Shown here piece by piece: positions 13,131-26,979 of a DNA stretch of 64,000 nucleotides (positions are counted from its first letter, which is position 1; each line of letters starts with the position of its first letter). Under the pieces are notes generated by a model. The model was not told the DNA's origin. It searched no databases and was given only the letters and a program-made list of their open reading frames with translations. The translations under genes were made by a program, and so were the position numbers. Source of the DNA: Ministeria vibrans ATCC 50519 (Eukaryota; Protista; Filasterea); the NCBI GenBank assembly GCA_943704425.1, contig CALSCP010002792.1, positions 1-64,000 on the forward strand, read 5' to 3'.

Positions 13131-16100
13131 TCAAATGTGCGCCGTCAGTGGATCGTCAATGAGCATGCGCACTCGATCGGGCGTCGCCGGAAAGGGCAGC
13201 ACCACATGATTCTTCCCATCCGTCGCATGACCATTGTCCCGTCGTGCCGCCAAGACGGCTTGTCGCGCCGCCAAGTGCGCACTCAGCGCCAATTGCACAT
13301 TTGCCTCACCAATCCCTACCAAAACACACACGCACACACACATATATAATTATATAACTATAATACTAATAATTATTGTAATAATTATTATTATCAACGC
13401 CACACCCCCAATTTATTTACCTTTTGTGCCGTAGACCCCAGCCTTGGAGAGACCATCGCGGTAGCGCAGGAGACGCACGCGCCAGTCGAGTGGCGCGTCG
13501 TCGTGCATGGGCACCTTGTAGCGCCCTACATTGTTTGAGAAGAGTGCGTAGTTGTTGTCGCGCTGGTCCCATTCCATCTCCTCGAGCATGTAGTAGCCAT
13601 AGCCGAACATAAAGCCCCCTTCGACTTGGCCCACGTCGAGCGCCGGATTTAGACTGTGCTGTCCGCAGTCTTGCACAATGTCTGTGCGCAGGGTCCGCAC
13701 CGCACCCGTCCGCACGTCCATCTCGACCACAGACATGGCCGCACCCCACACAAAGAAGTAGGAGATGTCGCCACTCTGCTTCTCAAAGTCGTACGCCAAC
13801 GTGGGCAGATTCACTATGCCGGGTGCGGTCATCTCAATGCCATGGTTGTATGCCTTGTGGACAAGGCAGCACCACTCGCTTGCCGTCAGATCCGCGTCAT
13901 CCTGAGATGTACTCGTCTGGCGCAGTGGTGCGAGGCGAGAGTGCAACCGCGCCACGGCGTGCTCAAGTGCACCGCCAACCAGGTCCGTGCTCACCATGGT
14001 CGTTGGGGGCGAGTTGGGCACAATGAGTGTGTTGGTGGCGGCGACGCGAATCAGCTCAATGGGGATGCGCAGTGCGGTCGCGGCCACCTGACGCACGCGC
14101 GTCGACAGTCCTTGGCCCATTTCCACGCCGCTGTGCGAAATAAACACACTCCCGTCCTTTTGCACATGGACCATGACCAGTCCGCGGTTCACGTCGGGCG
14201 AGTCAACAAAGCCCGAGTTGCCCTTGGACACCACGGCGGCCACACCACGCTTCACCATGCGGTTCTCAGGTCGCGCATTCCACGCGTCACAGTAACGACG
14301 CAACGTCTCGTACGTCGCATAGCCACGCGGCAATCCGTACTCGTCCACCTGAGCGTCGTCACTGCTCTCTTCCTTGCCGTTGACCACTGCGTTCCAGCAC
14401 GCACGCAACACCCCATCGCCAACAACCATGCCTGCAAGTGTTGCAGCACCAGTGTCGTACATGACGGCCGAGCGCAGTGCCACGGGGTCCACACTCGCCT
14501 CGGTTGCTACATGGTCAAGCACACACTCGATTATGGCACTCGACTCGGGCTTGCCAAAGCCCCGCGTCGCCGTGTACACTCCACGGTTGGTACGCGCGCA
14601 GCGGCCATTCACCGTCACATCCCGAGGCAACTGGTAGCCACTGTCCAACACAAACATGGCCGTCTCGAGAATGTCCACCGCGTAGTCTTGCGCATAGCCG
14701 CCGCCCAACAGAATGTCACACTCAAACGCCTCAAGACGCACCGACGCGTCATCCTGCAGACGCCAGCCCATGCGATAGTCGGCGACAAACGGGACGCGAC
14801 CGGGACAATACGCCATGTCTTGGTCGCGTGACAGCACCAGCTTCACCGGTGCATTCTGGTGGAAGGCGGCGACAGCAGCGGCAGCGGCAATGTTGCCCGA
14901 CATGGTCTGCTTCCCACCAAATCCACCGCCGATACGCTCCACCGAGGTTGACACGGCGCTCTGCGGCACACCGAGTGCACACGAAACAGCATCGCACACT
15001 TGCGAGGGCGCCTGTGTGCTCGCCTGTACAATGAACGAGTCTGGAATACCCCCACTGCCACTCTGCATGCTCGTGCGACCTCCCTCAGGCGTCACAAGGC
15101 AGTTTTGCGTCTCGAGGTAAAAATGATACTGACCGTGCGTCAGATCTACACGGCCATTGGTCACACCTGCACACACGGGCTTGTTTCCAGCGCGCGATTG
15201 CGCCACCTCTGCCTCAATGTCACTCAATATCTTCCGCGTGTCCCCTCGCTTGATGGTTCGATCGGGCGTCTCGCTCACAGGCACACGCTGGTTCTCCTCC
15301 AGATCGACAACGGTGGTCGCGCCGTCGTCACGTCCCTCGCGCAGACTCTGGTAGCCAAAGACGGGCTTGGTCGCAAAGAACCACTTACTTGGAGGGGTGT
15401 CGGGCGGTGCAGCGGCCGCCTCGCGTGCCGCATCCGTGAGCGAGCCCACAATGTGCAGTGGCTCGTACTCGATGTGCACCGCACTCGCTGCGATCTTGGC
15501 CGCCTCGGCGGTGCGTGCCACCACAATGCCAATGGGCTGACCGTGATAGAGCGTCTCGTTGTGGGCGGCAAACACCGGCATGAAGTCGTTGGGACGGAAG
15601 CCAGGCACCATGTTGTCACCAGGCACGTCTTTGGCCGAGTAGAAGGCCACAGCGTCGTCGACGGCGGCCAGAGCGGGCGCTGGGTCAACCCTCAGGATGC
15701 GAGCGTGAGCCTGCGTTGAAGTAACCAGGGCACCATAGAGTCCCCCCGGTGGCACACCCAAGTCGGCTGTGTAGCGTGCGCCTCCTGTTGTCTGGTCAAT
15801 GGCATTGACGTGCACCAGTGCGCGATTGATCATGTTGGTGCTCTGCTGCGCTGCCTGTTCGTCAATGGGGCTCAGTGTGCCGGTGGGATCAAAGGCGTAG
15901 TCGGACTGGGCACGGTGAACCGGATCGAGTGGCGCGGTGTCAGCGCAACCAGCGTCGTCAAACGTGGCGTTGGTTTGGGTGCGGAGACCCGTCGTGATGC
16001 GCTCCATCATGTGTGACCACTGACTAAGCATGAGGGTCGCCTGGTAATCGCGCACGCGCTGGCTAGGGTGTCGTGACTCGTGTACGAGCGTCGTGAGCTC

Positions 16101-17862
16101 GCTGCGCAGCGACGCAAGTGCCCCTGTGCGCGTCTCGTCGGACCACGGGCGATTGACGAGGTACTCTTCGGTGTGACGCGCGTGCAGTCCGGGCCGTCCG
16201 AGTCCGCCAAAGACAAGCGAGGCACGTCGCACCGTCGCTTGAGCATCCTCGCCAATGAGCACACGAAAGGACCCATTCAGCACCGCAATAGCATCAAAGC
16301 GACGCTTGTGGCCCTGCTTGAACGAGTAGGCAAACTCACGCTCGCTCGTGTAGGGCACAAACACACGCGTGAGCACCTCATCGGGTGCCAGGGCCACTTT
16401 GCAGTCGGCCACAATGAATTCGTCCATGCTCACTGTGCGCTCCACAATCGTCTCTCCGTCGCCCGACAGTCGTGCCAAGTGCACCTTGGCATCAAAGGCG
16501 GTCATGGCGGGCACCAAGTCGGACACATGGCTACAGTTGACAAGAGAGCCCGCGAGGGTGCCCATATCGCGCACTGCGAAAAATGAACGCGTTTGTGTTT
16601 GTTTTGGAGTTTGTTCTTACCTTGTCCGTTGGCGAAAAAGTGGACGTGTCGACCGAGAGTCTCAAGAAAGCGGGTCTGGTGAGGTTTGAGGCGCTCGAGG
16701 GACTGAGCTGCGAGCGAGGCGAGACCGTTGATGGTGACGCTGGCGCCAATGAGAACACCGTCGTCACGCCACTCGACGCGAGACAGTTCGGGGACGCCAG
16801 CGGTGGAAAGCACCACGGAGGTTGCCTGAGATTCATGGACGTCGCTGTGTAGCCGGACGCCCACGTCGGTGAAGCCCGAGACCATTTTGGTGATGTTGGG
16901 CGCCGAAGCGCCCTCCCAGTGGTGACTGTGGCTGCCGGCCGCGAGCGTGGCACTTTCAGTGGCACGAAGCTTGAGCAATTCGTGCAGTGTGTTGGGTCGG
17001 TACCAGGAGAAATCGTCGCCGTGCACCTCAACGCGACGCAGCGCTTGCCTGAGGCGGAACGGGAAAAGTTGATCTGCGCTGGGAGTTGACTCGAGCGATT
17101 TTTGCACCTGAACGCGCAACAGTTGCTGTGCGCTCGTGGTTGGCACACAGTCAGAGGAGAGGAGCTTGCCAGCGTCCATAATGGGGCGGTATCTACGAGA
17201 GATTGTTGTCAGTTTTGTGTGTTCTGTGCGGGTCCTTTTATTCAATTCTCATACCCGGTGCAACGACAAATGTTGCCATCGAGACAGTGTTCAAGATCGG
17301 CCATGGTTGCCTTTGGATCTTGGGCAAGACGTGAGTAGAGCGACATGGCAACGCCGGGGGTACAGTAACCGCATTGGGTCGCGTGAGAAGACATCAAAGC
17401 TTTTTGCACTGGATGCAAATACTCGCACTTCGGGTCGGCGGTCGGTGCGACTGTACTTTCTTCGGTGGCCGCCACGTTGGAGCGGGAGATGCCTTCGATA
17501 GTGGTAACAGACATTCCGTCGAGCGAGGGGAGAGGCATGAGGCACGCACAGACCGAGTGGTGCGAGGGTTTGTTGACATTTGCGTCCCACCGACTAACCA
17601 TGACTGTGCAGGCGCCACAGCCTCCCTCGTTGCACACCTTCTTGGTACCGGTAAGTCCTCGTTCGACACGAAGCCAATCGAGCAAGGATTGGCGTCCAAT
17701 GGACGAGGCAGGCAGGCGAATGCGCTCCTGATTCAAGTAGAACACAATTGGCGAATTGGACGACCGCGCGACCCCACTTGAGGATACAAAGCGGCATGGT
17801 GGCCGTTGTGTTACTTGTGTAAGCCAACGGGGGGAAATTCGGATGTTTCGCAAAAACGGCAT
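13131..17862 (-). CDS. Xanthine dehydrogenase/aldehyde oxidase-family molybdo-flavoenzyme (2Fe-2S, FAD, Moco domains), 4 exons
   Basis: GTKKVCNEGGCGACTV, TQCGYCTPG, GNICRCTG|YRPI, QYHFYLETQ, GGGFGGK, TRGFG, GVEMGQGL, DVGQVEGGF, GTKG|IGEA. Confidence 0.93.
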
Positions 17863-19168
17863 TAAATGATTGACAAAAATATTATTGACTTTGTACGAAT
17901 GACCGGCCCGTTTAATGTAAAATATGGTACGTTTCGTGTAACTTTTCTAGTACGGGCGCTCCTGAAGCTCACGGTTTGATCAGTTCTTTCTCTTGCTTTG
18001 AACTGCGTTAGAAATAAGTGTAAGTATCGCATAGGTATGTGCCGGGGGTTGGTTGTGGCTTCAGGAACGGATTTGCTCTGCATTGTTGTGAGAAACAGCT
18101 ATCAATGTTACTTTGTACCCAGCTGATCGGAGATGAATGTGCATTCTCCACGACTTGGAATTGCTATGGGAGAGCTTGAAGTAGTGTGTTGAGTGAAAAA
18201 AAAACAACCATAATTATTTTCATGAAGAGTCGCAGAATTGACCGTAACTTACAGAGCAGAATTTGCACCTCAATGTGCGTATACAACGCTCGAACGGAAC
18301 AGGTGACTAAGGCAAGCGGCGGACGACATCAAAAGCCATCGCATATCGTCAAGGAGACGATTGGCAAGTACGTGCGAGTGCGTGCAGCGGCGGGGATGAC
18401 GGTGCGACCGACTGGACTCTCGATGAACTCTCGATTCTCGTCAAACGAGCCAGTGGTGACGATACGCTGCCCAGTGCGCAGGTCTTGAAGAACATTAAGG
18501 TGAAAATCAATGGGACAAGAAGAGAATGAGAAGCACACATGGAATTTGCAAAAGGACTTCAGTGCCAGTGGAACCTCAGCGGCGTTTTGAGGAAACTCGC
18601 GCCAAAACGGACACCATAAATCCAATTCTTTCACTCGTACACACTATTCAGTCATTCACTAATCACTAGTGATATACACTAGTGACAGACGTGACTAGAC
18701 ACTATTTATCAATTATCACTAACCCCGTGCCGCTCATGGCGATGTCTTAAAATTTTTTGTGAAGAGGATTACAGGAAGAAGATAATATTATTAATTATTT
18801 ACAATAATGAATAGATGTGACTCTGACCCCCAAAGATCAGATTTCTGACTTTTCTTTTTGGTGCGAACTCAACTTTCTTCACTCGCCACAGAACTAATAC
18901 GCACCGACATCGCGAACGCTCGCCCTCACATTAACTTAAATAACTACTAACTAGGCATCCCGCACCCGTGAATTGTGAATTCGTGATCCGTCCCCACCGA
19001 CTAATAGTCCTTACAGAAAAGTCACATTTTTTGAGGAGCTGAGCGCACAACTTCAGATCTGATTAATTTTACTATTTTTCACTATTAAATTTTTTTAAAT
19101 CACAATTATTTCTCACTCATTTGAGAATCATTTCCTTCCTCCTCCTCAGAGCCAAGTAGTTAGTCGTG

Positions 19169-19897
19169 ATGCTTCTTAAACACGCGCTCATGCGCCCCTC
19201 TGCGATCGTCTCGCGCCTGTGCTTTGCGCGACCTTACTCCAACATCCAGGTGCGCATCGCCCTTTCGCCGTTTGCCTGTCTCCCCTGTTGTGTAGCATCT
19301 TGCTCAGTGCAGACTGACCCCGCTCGCGATGCCTAGCGTCGCCGATTGCACTGGAGCATTCGGTGCACATTGCGACCCCAATACCGAGCCGTTGCCCTTC
19401 TTCGCCCTCTCCACCCATCCACACCACGCCCCAACGCCTATTCATTGCATTTTCACGCCCTGCACCGCTCTACTTTCTCCTCCCGTGTGGATTGGTCGTT
19501 TTCCTTTGTCATCCCACTTCTTCTTTTTCGCTTTGTCAACCCTCAGTTTCTCTCGCTGCTGCCTCTCTGACCATGGCACCTTTCAAAATGCACTCTGAAG
19601 TGTCCCCAGAGACGTGTGCCTTCCGCTGCCGTGCCACTTCAACTTGTTGTGTTTTTTTTTTCTTCTTTTCGTCTTTTTTGGGTCCTCCGGAGAAATGACA
19701 TCCACTGAAATCAGTCTTTCTGTGTGTTACAGCACCAAGAATTGCAAAAAGTAGTGAATGGACGGGCAACATGGGATCTGCCGAGCGACCTCGGCAAACT
19801 GGCGTTTGGGCGGGACTTTGGAGCGCATATGCTTGAAGTGGATTGGACGAGCGACGGCGGCTGGGGCGCCCCTAGAATCACGCCGATCCACGACCTG
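19169..19897 (+). CDS. BCAT: Branched-chain amino acid aminotransferase, 5' part only (exons 19169-19249 and 19733-19897) with mitochondrial-type presequence; rest of gene absent
   Basis: MLLKHALMRPSAIVSRLCFARPYSNIQ|HQELQKV...LGKLAFGRDFGAHMLEVDWTSDGGWGAPRITPIHDL corresponds to the conserved BCAT N-terminus (LxFGxxFxDHMLxxxW...GWxxPxIxP). Confidence 0.8.
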
Positions 19898-19908
19898 GTA
19901 CGACCTGG

Positions 19909-20035
<127 letters not shown>

Positions 20036-20039
20036 GCAG

Positions 20040-21717
20040 GTCCAAGCGTTCCACGTGACGGAAAACCTTGATCAAGTGGGCTATTACGTAGGCCTGATTG
20101 CGTCCTCGTTGTTTCTGGGGCGGTTCATTGGTTCTTATCTGTGGGGCGGTGTTGCGGACAAGCGCGGGCGCAGGCCGGTTATGATTGTGTCCATGTTGTG
20201 TGTGAGCGCCTCAACGTTCGCCTTTGGCTTCAGTGTCAACCTACCCATGGCCATCGTGACCCGTCTTTTAACGGGTGTACTGAATGGGAGTGTGGGCACG
20301 GCCAAAACGATTCTGTCGGAGGTCACGGACAACACGAATCAAGCAAAGGGAATGGTAGCCCAGCATGAAGAGCAACCGAATACTGATAATTCACCGCTTC
20401 TCCTGGTTGTTTTGTATAGTCGATTATGGGCGCTTCGTGGGGGTTTGGTCTCATTGTGGGACCTGCTTTGGGAGGGCTGCTTTATGACCCGGGCGTGAAA
20501 TACCCTTCGCTGTTTGGACCGTTCTTTGTGCGCTTTCCCGTCTTTCTTCCGTCGCTTCTTGTGGCGTCTGTGTGTCTCCTGGCCGGTCTGCTTTCCATGC
20601 TGTTCCTTCCCGAGACACTGCGACACAATCAGCCTAATATGGCGGAACAGCTAGAAGAGGAAGAGGACGACGGAAACGACGAGGGAGAGGAGGAGAGAAA
20701 GAGGGAGGGAATGTCAAGTGACGAGCTTGAAATGGCCGTACTTGAGAGCGACGGCACAACGAAAGTGGAAGAAAATACGCCTCAGCGACTGGCCAGAGAT
20801 GGCAGCAGTAAGAGAAGAAGAAGAAGCGGGAAAGGAGGGCTCTGCTCGCCGTGTCTGCGCTGGTACCGCCGTAGCACTCTCTATCTGCTGCTGCGCGATC
20901 GCTCCGTCGTCGTCTCGCTCTTTCTCTACTCAGGTAAAATGTATCTTTATCTAATAGAATCATCTGCACGTATTTCGGGGGAATTAATGGAGTCACACAC
21001 GTTTTAGTGTTTGGACTGGCGAACATGGGTTTTGAGGAGGTCTACTCGCTGTTCTGTCTGACGAGTCCCGACGCGGGCGGATTGGGCTTCACCTCAACGG
21101 AGATTGGGCTGTCGCTCACTGCGGTCGGTCTTATTGTGTTGTACGTGTCGCTGGTTATCTACCCGATACTTGAGCGTCGCTTTGGCGCGCGTAACGTGGG
21201 ACTGTGCAGTGCGACCATTATGACGGTTGCCATCGTGCTCTTCCCGACCATTTCCTTCCTGCACAATCGTGTGGCCATCTGGACGACGCTCATTCTGCTT
21301 GGTGCCCTTCTGCGCACGGTTGTTTCTATCATATTCACGTCTGTGTCGCTCTTCATTAACAACTCAGTGCCAAGGTAAGCACAATAATAGTGCTGACTTC
21401 AATCAACGTTTCCTCTGATGATGATACTCTGTAGGTCTCGAGCGGGCAGCATGAATGGTCTGGCCATGTCCATGACGGCCATTGCGCGCACGTTTGGTCC
21501 GACGCTGTTTGGCAGCACGTGGGCCTGGTCCATCAACTCGGGGTTGCCCTATCCCTTTGACAAGTTCTTCACTTTTTACGTGCTCGGTGTATTCATTGTG
21601 TCGTGTGTCGTTGTCATGGCAATGCTGCCGCCTTCCATTGATCTGCAGTACGACACGCGACATCAGGCGACCGCCCTTGTTGATGCTGAACAGGAGGATG
21701 CTATTGCCGCTGAGTAA
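20040..21717 (+). CDS. MFS transporter (ZIFL/TCR drug:H+ antiporter-like) lacking its own first exon(s) and TM1
   Basis: VGYYVGLIASSLFLGRFIGSYLWGGVADKRGRRPV (MFS motif A), RLLTGVLNG, GLIVGPALGGLL, FLPETL, GGLGFT..IG, RAGSMNGLA..ARTFGP. Confidence 0.88.
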
Positions 21718-22140
21718 ATCATTAACGATGTACACAAGTAAATTAAATAAATATTATTAATAAAGAATGACTGCCTCTCTGTCTGAAATGTCGTGTGTCC
21801 TGCCGTCGTATGTTGGACTTTATACCAATAATCTATTAATAAATAATTCCTTATAAATAACCCTTCCAACCTCTAGGGGTTAAATCAATGAAAAAAACAC
21901 TCAAAATTCTAAAAAATCGTTTCAAAAATTGTAACTTAAAAATGATATTTTTGATTATTTTCTTTTTCAACTGGGTTTAGTCTTTAGTGTGTTTATTGTC
22001 AATTGTGTTATAATAATTATATGCGTGTGTCATCCTCACAACATAGCAATTCAGTCATCCATTAATAATTATTTCTAGTCATCCTTTCCAAAAAAAAGGA
22101 GTCACATTTTTTTCTCAACTCCCATTCCTAACCTATCAAC

Positions 22141-22219
22141 ATGGACACCAAACACTGGTAAATTGCGAATGCACACGTGTTCTAAACACACCAATTCAGG
22201 CGGAAGTTAACCCTTTTTC

Positions 22220-22255
<36 letters not shown>

Positions 22256-23468
22256 TCTTGTTGTGTCGTAAATTATTGTGCGCAGGGTTGTCGAGCCTGA
22301 CCAGGACCGGCCGATTACACTTGCCTCTGAAGGCCCTGCGGCAATGGAGCCTGTCACCATTGTCGACACGTTCAAGAAAACAGCGGCGCAGTACGTTCCA
22401 CTCAGCCGTGCGCTCTCTCGCGCGCTGTGCACTCCCCTGCCCCCCGCGCCATTCACCCTACCCCTTCGTTGCGTATGCTTCTTCTCCCTTTCTCTTGGCG
22501 CAGAGAGCCCAAACCGAAACTCCTTTTTTTTTTTCTTCTTTTTTTTTCTCTTCTTGTCTGTGCACGAAACGCTCATTTACGACACGTCGCCCTCGGGGTT
22601 GGCGCGGACTTTCCCCGTGTGCGTGGCTCGCGCCTCCTGCTCAGCCTTCGTCCATCCAGAATGCCCCCTTGCTTGCATTGTATTGCTTTGCGCGACTCCG
22701 GTTTTTTTTTTCTCTCTCTCTCTCTTCTCTCGTTCGTGTTTTTGTTGTGCTTGTCAACCCGCAATGGACTATGCCTCGACTGTGAGTGGTTACGCTAGCC
22801 CGCGTTTTGCGGCTCCAATGGACGCAATTGCGTTTTCGAAATTCCCTTTGTTGACTCATTCCATTTTTTTTTTGTGACTCATTTCAGGTCTGGCAGCCAC
22901 CCTGCGATGCGCGTGAAGATCAACGGCGAGTGGAAATCGATTACGTACGGCGAGTACTTTGTGAGCGTGCGTCTGGCGGCCAAGAGTCTCATCAAACTCG
23001 GTTTGGAGGAGAACCATGCCGTTGGCATTATTGGCTTCAACTCCCCCGAATGGTTCATTGCCGAGCTCGCTGCCATTATGGCTGGTGGTCTTGCCGCCGG
23101 TGTCTACACTACCAACCTCCCCGAGGTAAGGCGACCGTAAAGCAGAAAAACCTCTCCCAGTCTCAACCACCAATTGTGCTTAGGCGTGCCACTACGTCCT
23201 GGAACACTCGAGCGCCAACGTTGTCGTTGCTGAGGACAACAAGCAGGTGCAGAAGATCATTTCGGTCAAGGGACGTCTTCCGAACCTCAAGGTATGTCCC
23301 GAATGACAAAGATAAACAAGGGAACAACCGCATACTTATGCTGTGTTGTATATTAGGCCATTGTCCAATACAGCGGCGAAATCACTTCTGAGGCCAAGGC
23401 GGCCGGTGTCATGTCGTGGCCTGAGGTAATATACAAAAATATAAAGAGAAAATGGTGTATGTCTCTTC

Positions 23469-23518
<50 letters not shown>

Positions 23519-23680
23519 TTTGTATAATAGTTTATGAAAGCGGGTGAGTCGATTGAGGACGCTGAGCTGGACGCGCGCATTGCCAAGCAGAAACCTGCCA
23601 ACTGCTGTGCGCTCATCTACACCTCGGGCACCACGTAAGTGAAGAGGGGTGTGCGGTCCTATACAAGATTGGAGCTGGCG

Positions 23681-23727
<47 letters not shown>

Positions 23728-25511
23728 GATATTATTCTTATTATTATTGATATTATTCTTATTAATAATAATAATTATTGTATGTTTGTAGTGGCAACCC
23801 CAAAGCAGTCATGATTTCGCATGACAACTTTACGTGGACTGCGCGCGCCGCCATGAAAGCTCTCACGCTCAACCCGCAGGACCACCTTGTGTCGTACCTG
23901 CCTTTGTCGCACGTTGCGGCGCAGATGCTCGATGTCATTACGCCTCTGCTCTGTGGCTGCACTGTGTGGTTTGCTGACTCGAACGCGCTCAAGGGCTCCC
24001 TCCTGAAGACACTGCAGGAGGTGCGCCCCACCCTCATGCTGGGCGTGCCGCGTGTGTGGGAGAAGATGGTGGAGGGTGTCAAGGCGAAGGGCAAGGACAC
24101 CAAGGGCTTCAAGAAGACGCTCGTTGACTGGGCCAAGACCATTGGCACCGCCGCCAACACGACGCGCGAGGGCCGCGCCGATCCCCCGTGGGGCTACTGG
24201 CTTGCCAACACGCTTGTCTTCAGCAAGCTCCGCACTGCCCTTGGTCTTGACCGTTGCCGTGCCCAGTTCAGCGCAGCTGCCCCCATCTCCCGTGAGGTCA
24301 CTGAGTTCATGATGGCACTCAACGTCCCTATCTACGAAATTTATGGCATGAGCGAGTGTACTGGTCCTCAGGTATTTTGGAAACGTTTGTTCATGATTGT
24401 GTTGCTGTTGGAAGAATTGTGTAACTCATGCCGTTTTTGCGTAAATGTAGACCATCTCGACCGCCGATCATTTCAAGCTGGGCTCGACGGGACGTGGCAT
24501 TCCCGGTGTCGAGATGAAGATCGACAGCCCAAACAAGGAAGGCGATGGCGAGGTAATCAATCAATCCCTTGCAATGTGACTCAGGTACACTGACACTCTT
24601 TATCACTTTTTTTTCTTGTTTCGTTCTCTCCTACCCCTCTCTCTCTGTCACTGTATTTGCTTCTCTTCTGTTTCTGTCACGTTATTTGCTTCTCTCCCTC
24701 TCCGCTCTGTCAATATAGATCTGCTACCGTGGCCGCCATGTGTTCATGGGTTACCTGCACGACGAACAGAAGACACGCGAGGCAATTGACCCCGAAGGCT
24801 GGCTGCACTCGGGCGACGTGGGCCGTGTCGACGAGGAGGGCTACCTGCGCATCACGGGCCGCATCAAGGAGATTCTCATTACGGCTGGCGGTGAAAATGT
24901 CGCGCCTGTGCTCATTGAGGACACTATCAAGGAAGAAGTGCCCATCATTAGCAACTGCATGGTCATTGGTGACCGTCGCAAGGTGTGGCGAAAAGCGTTT
25001 CAATTTGGCTGTTCTCATTGAAATGTGTAGTTCCTGTCGCTCTTGGTGACGCTCAAGTCAGACATGGACGGGGAAGGCCGCCCTCTGAACAAGGTGTATG
25101 CAGGCATCAAGAGCACTCTGGTCGAGCTGGGATGCACCGCCGAGACCGTCTCTGAGGCCATCAAAGACCCCAAGGTAATGAAAATGGTTCATAAGGGAAA
25201 AACAAGAGCGCATATCCAACCCCCCCTCCTGTTAGGTTCGCGAGTACGTTGACGCAGGAATCAAGCGAGCCAACGAGCGAGCAATCTCCAATGCACAGCG
25301 CATTGCCAAGGTACCTCGAGCCACACTCACACACACACACACACACACACTAACATATATTCATATCTTTGTTTTCCTTTTTGTCGTGCAGTGGGAGTTC
25401 CTGAGCGAGGACTTCTCTGTCCCCGGCGATGAGCTGGGCCCGACACTCAAGCTTAAGCGTCCCATTGTCATGAAGAAGCAGGCGACCGTCATCGAGGCCT
25501 TTTACGCCTAA
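22141..25511 (+). CDS. ACSBG: Long-chain acyl-CoA synthetase, bubblegum type, multi-exon
   Basis: GFNSPEWF, GVYTTN, YTSGTT|GNPKAVMISHDN, SYLPLSHVAAQ, YGMSECTGP, FMGYL, GWLHSGD, TGRIKEILITAGGENVAP, ELGPTLKLKR. Confidence 0.92.
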
Positions 25512-25630
25512 AACCATTGCGACATTCTCTTACTTTCTCTATCTCTGAGTGCGTGTGTCTCTGTGTGTCTTTTTGTTTTGGATTGAACTTGATATTTTTT
25601 TTCGTCGACTCTTTCAGTTTCTGGTTTTCA

Positions 25631-26979
25631 TTAATTGATGTTGAGCAGTTCTTTGAGCTGTTTCACTGTGTCTTCTGGTGACGTGACGGTGTGGCCAATC
25701 GTTCTTTCGTCACTGAATATTTCGTAGTCATTTCCGCCCTATTTCAATCATTTAGCAGTGGATTGTGAAAAGCCATCATGTTTTTGTGTACCTTTGAAGT
25801 TTTGTCGCCAAAAAAGTGGATTTTGGAGTAGTTCTGGGGTTCGACGTGACGCAAACAGTACGTTTTATCCCAGCCAGTGGGAAACACGTCAATGCTAATT
25901 TGCCCTAAACGAGGAGAGTCACAGGTGAGCTTTAACTCTATTATATTTGTGGGTGGAGAGGAGGGTTGTTGGTTGATTGGGTTTTTTATACCGCCAATGG
26001 AAAAGGTCAATGGTAAGTCAGCAAATTCCTGTTGCATTGTACTGACCATTTTCGCGCGAATAGAATGAACCTTGAAAAAAAAAAAAGAGGAAAAGAGGGG
26101 TCGGTTGGATGTCTTCTCCTTGCGTTTGGTTACTTTGTCGTATTCGGCAAACTCGAGACGCTCCTCTTGTGAACACGATCGACCAACTGGGGACACATTG
26201 ATCATTCCATTGCGGTACTCGACAAATGTTCCACTGTGTGAATGAGAATGAGGGAGTAGCCGTCAATATGCTTGCTTTTAGTTTTGGTTTGGTGCACTTA
26301 CCGTTTCTTAGGGATCCTTACGTGTGTACCAAGGTACACCAACACCCAATTGAGAAAGCGCGAGATGGTCTCTTCGCCTAAGTACTCAGTGATGCTCTAA
26401 AACATAGTAATCGGGTGTTGAACACGAGATTATGGTGCTGATACGGACGTACCGCCTTGCCAATGAGCTCAGTGCCTTTGTAGGCAACCAGGCCATTCTC
26501 CGAAAAGACATAATCAAACACTTTGGTCACTACAACAAAGAATGTGTCTGTGTGAGATGGAGTGTGTTCAGATGTCCAGTTGCGTTTCTCTCGCTTCACA
26601 GTCTAAAATACACAGACAATCTCATACTACACACCATCCCAGATGCAGGCGGGTGCCATACAGGCGGAAGTACCCCTTCTGGTTGCCACATCAATCCCCT
26701 CCAAAAATAAAACAGCTCCAACTTACTGTCCTCTCCTGCCATCTGCTCGATAATTTTACGGTGATCCGAGCCGCCCACAATGCCAATGTGAACGCGCGAG
26801 CGCACTGTGTCAATCATATCGCGCATCTCTTTGCCAACAGTCTGCGATGTGATGAGGTTCGATTTCGAAAGAGACACATCATCTTTTCCATTTGGAGTGT
26901 GTACCAATCGAGGCATTGTCAGTGTTCCATCCACATCAAACAAGATCAAGGTGGAGCTGTCGCGGTCGGCGGTACTCAT
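25631..26979 (-). CDS. PMM: Phosphomannomutase (HAD family), multi-exon
   Basis: [45 protein letters not shown]|[32 protein letters not shown]. Confidence 0.95.
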
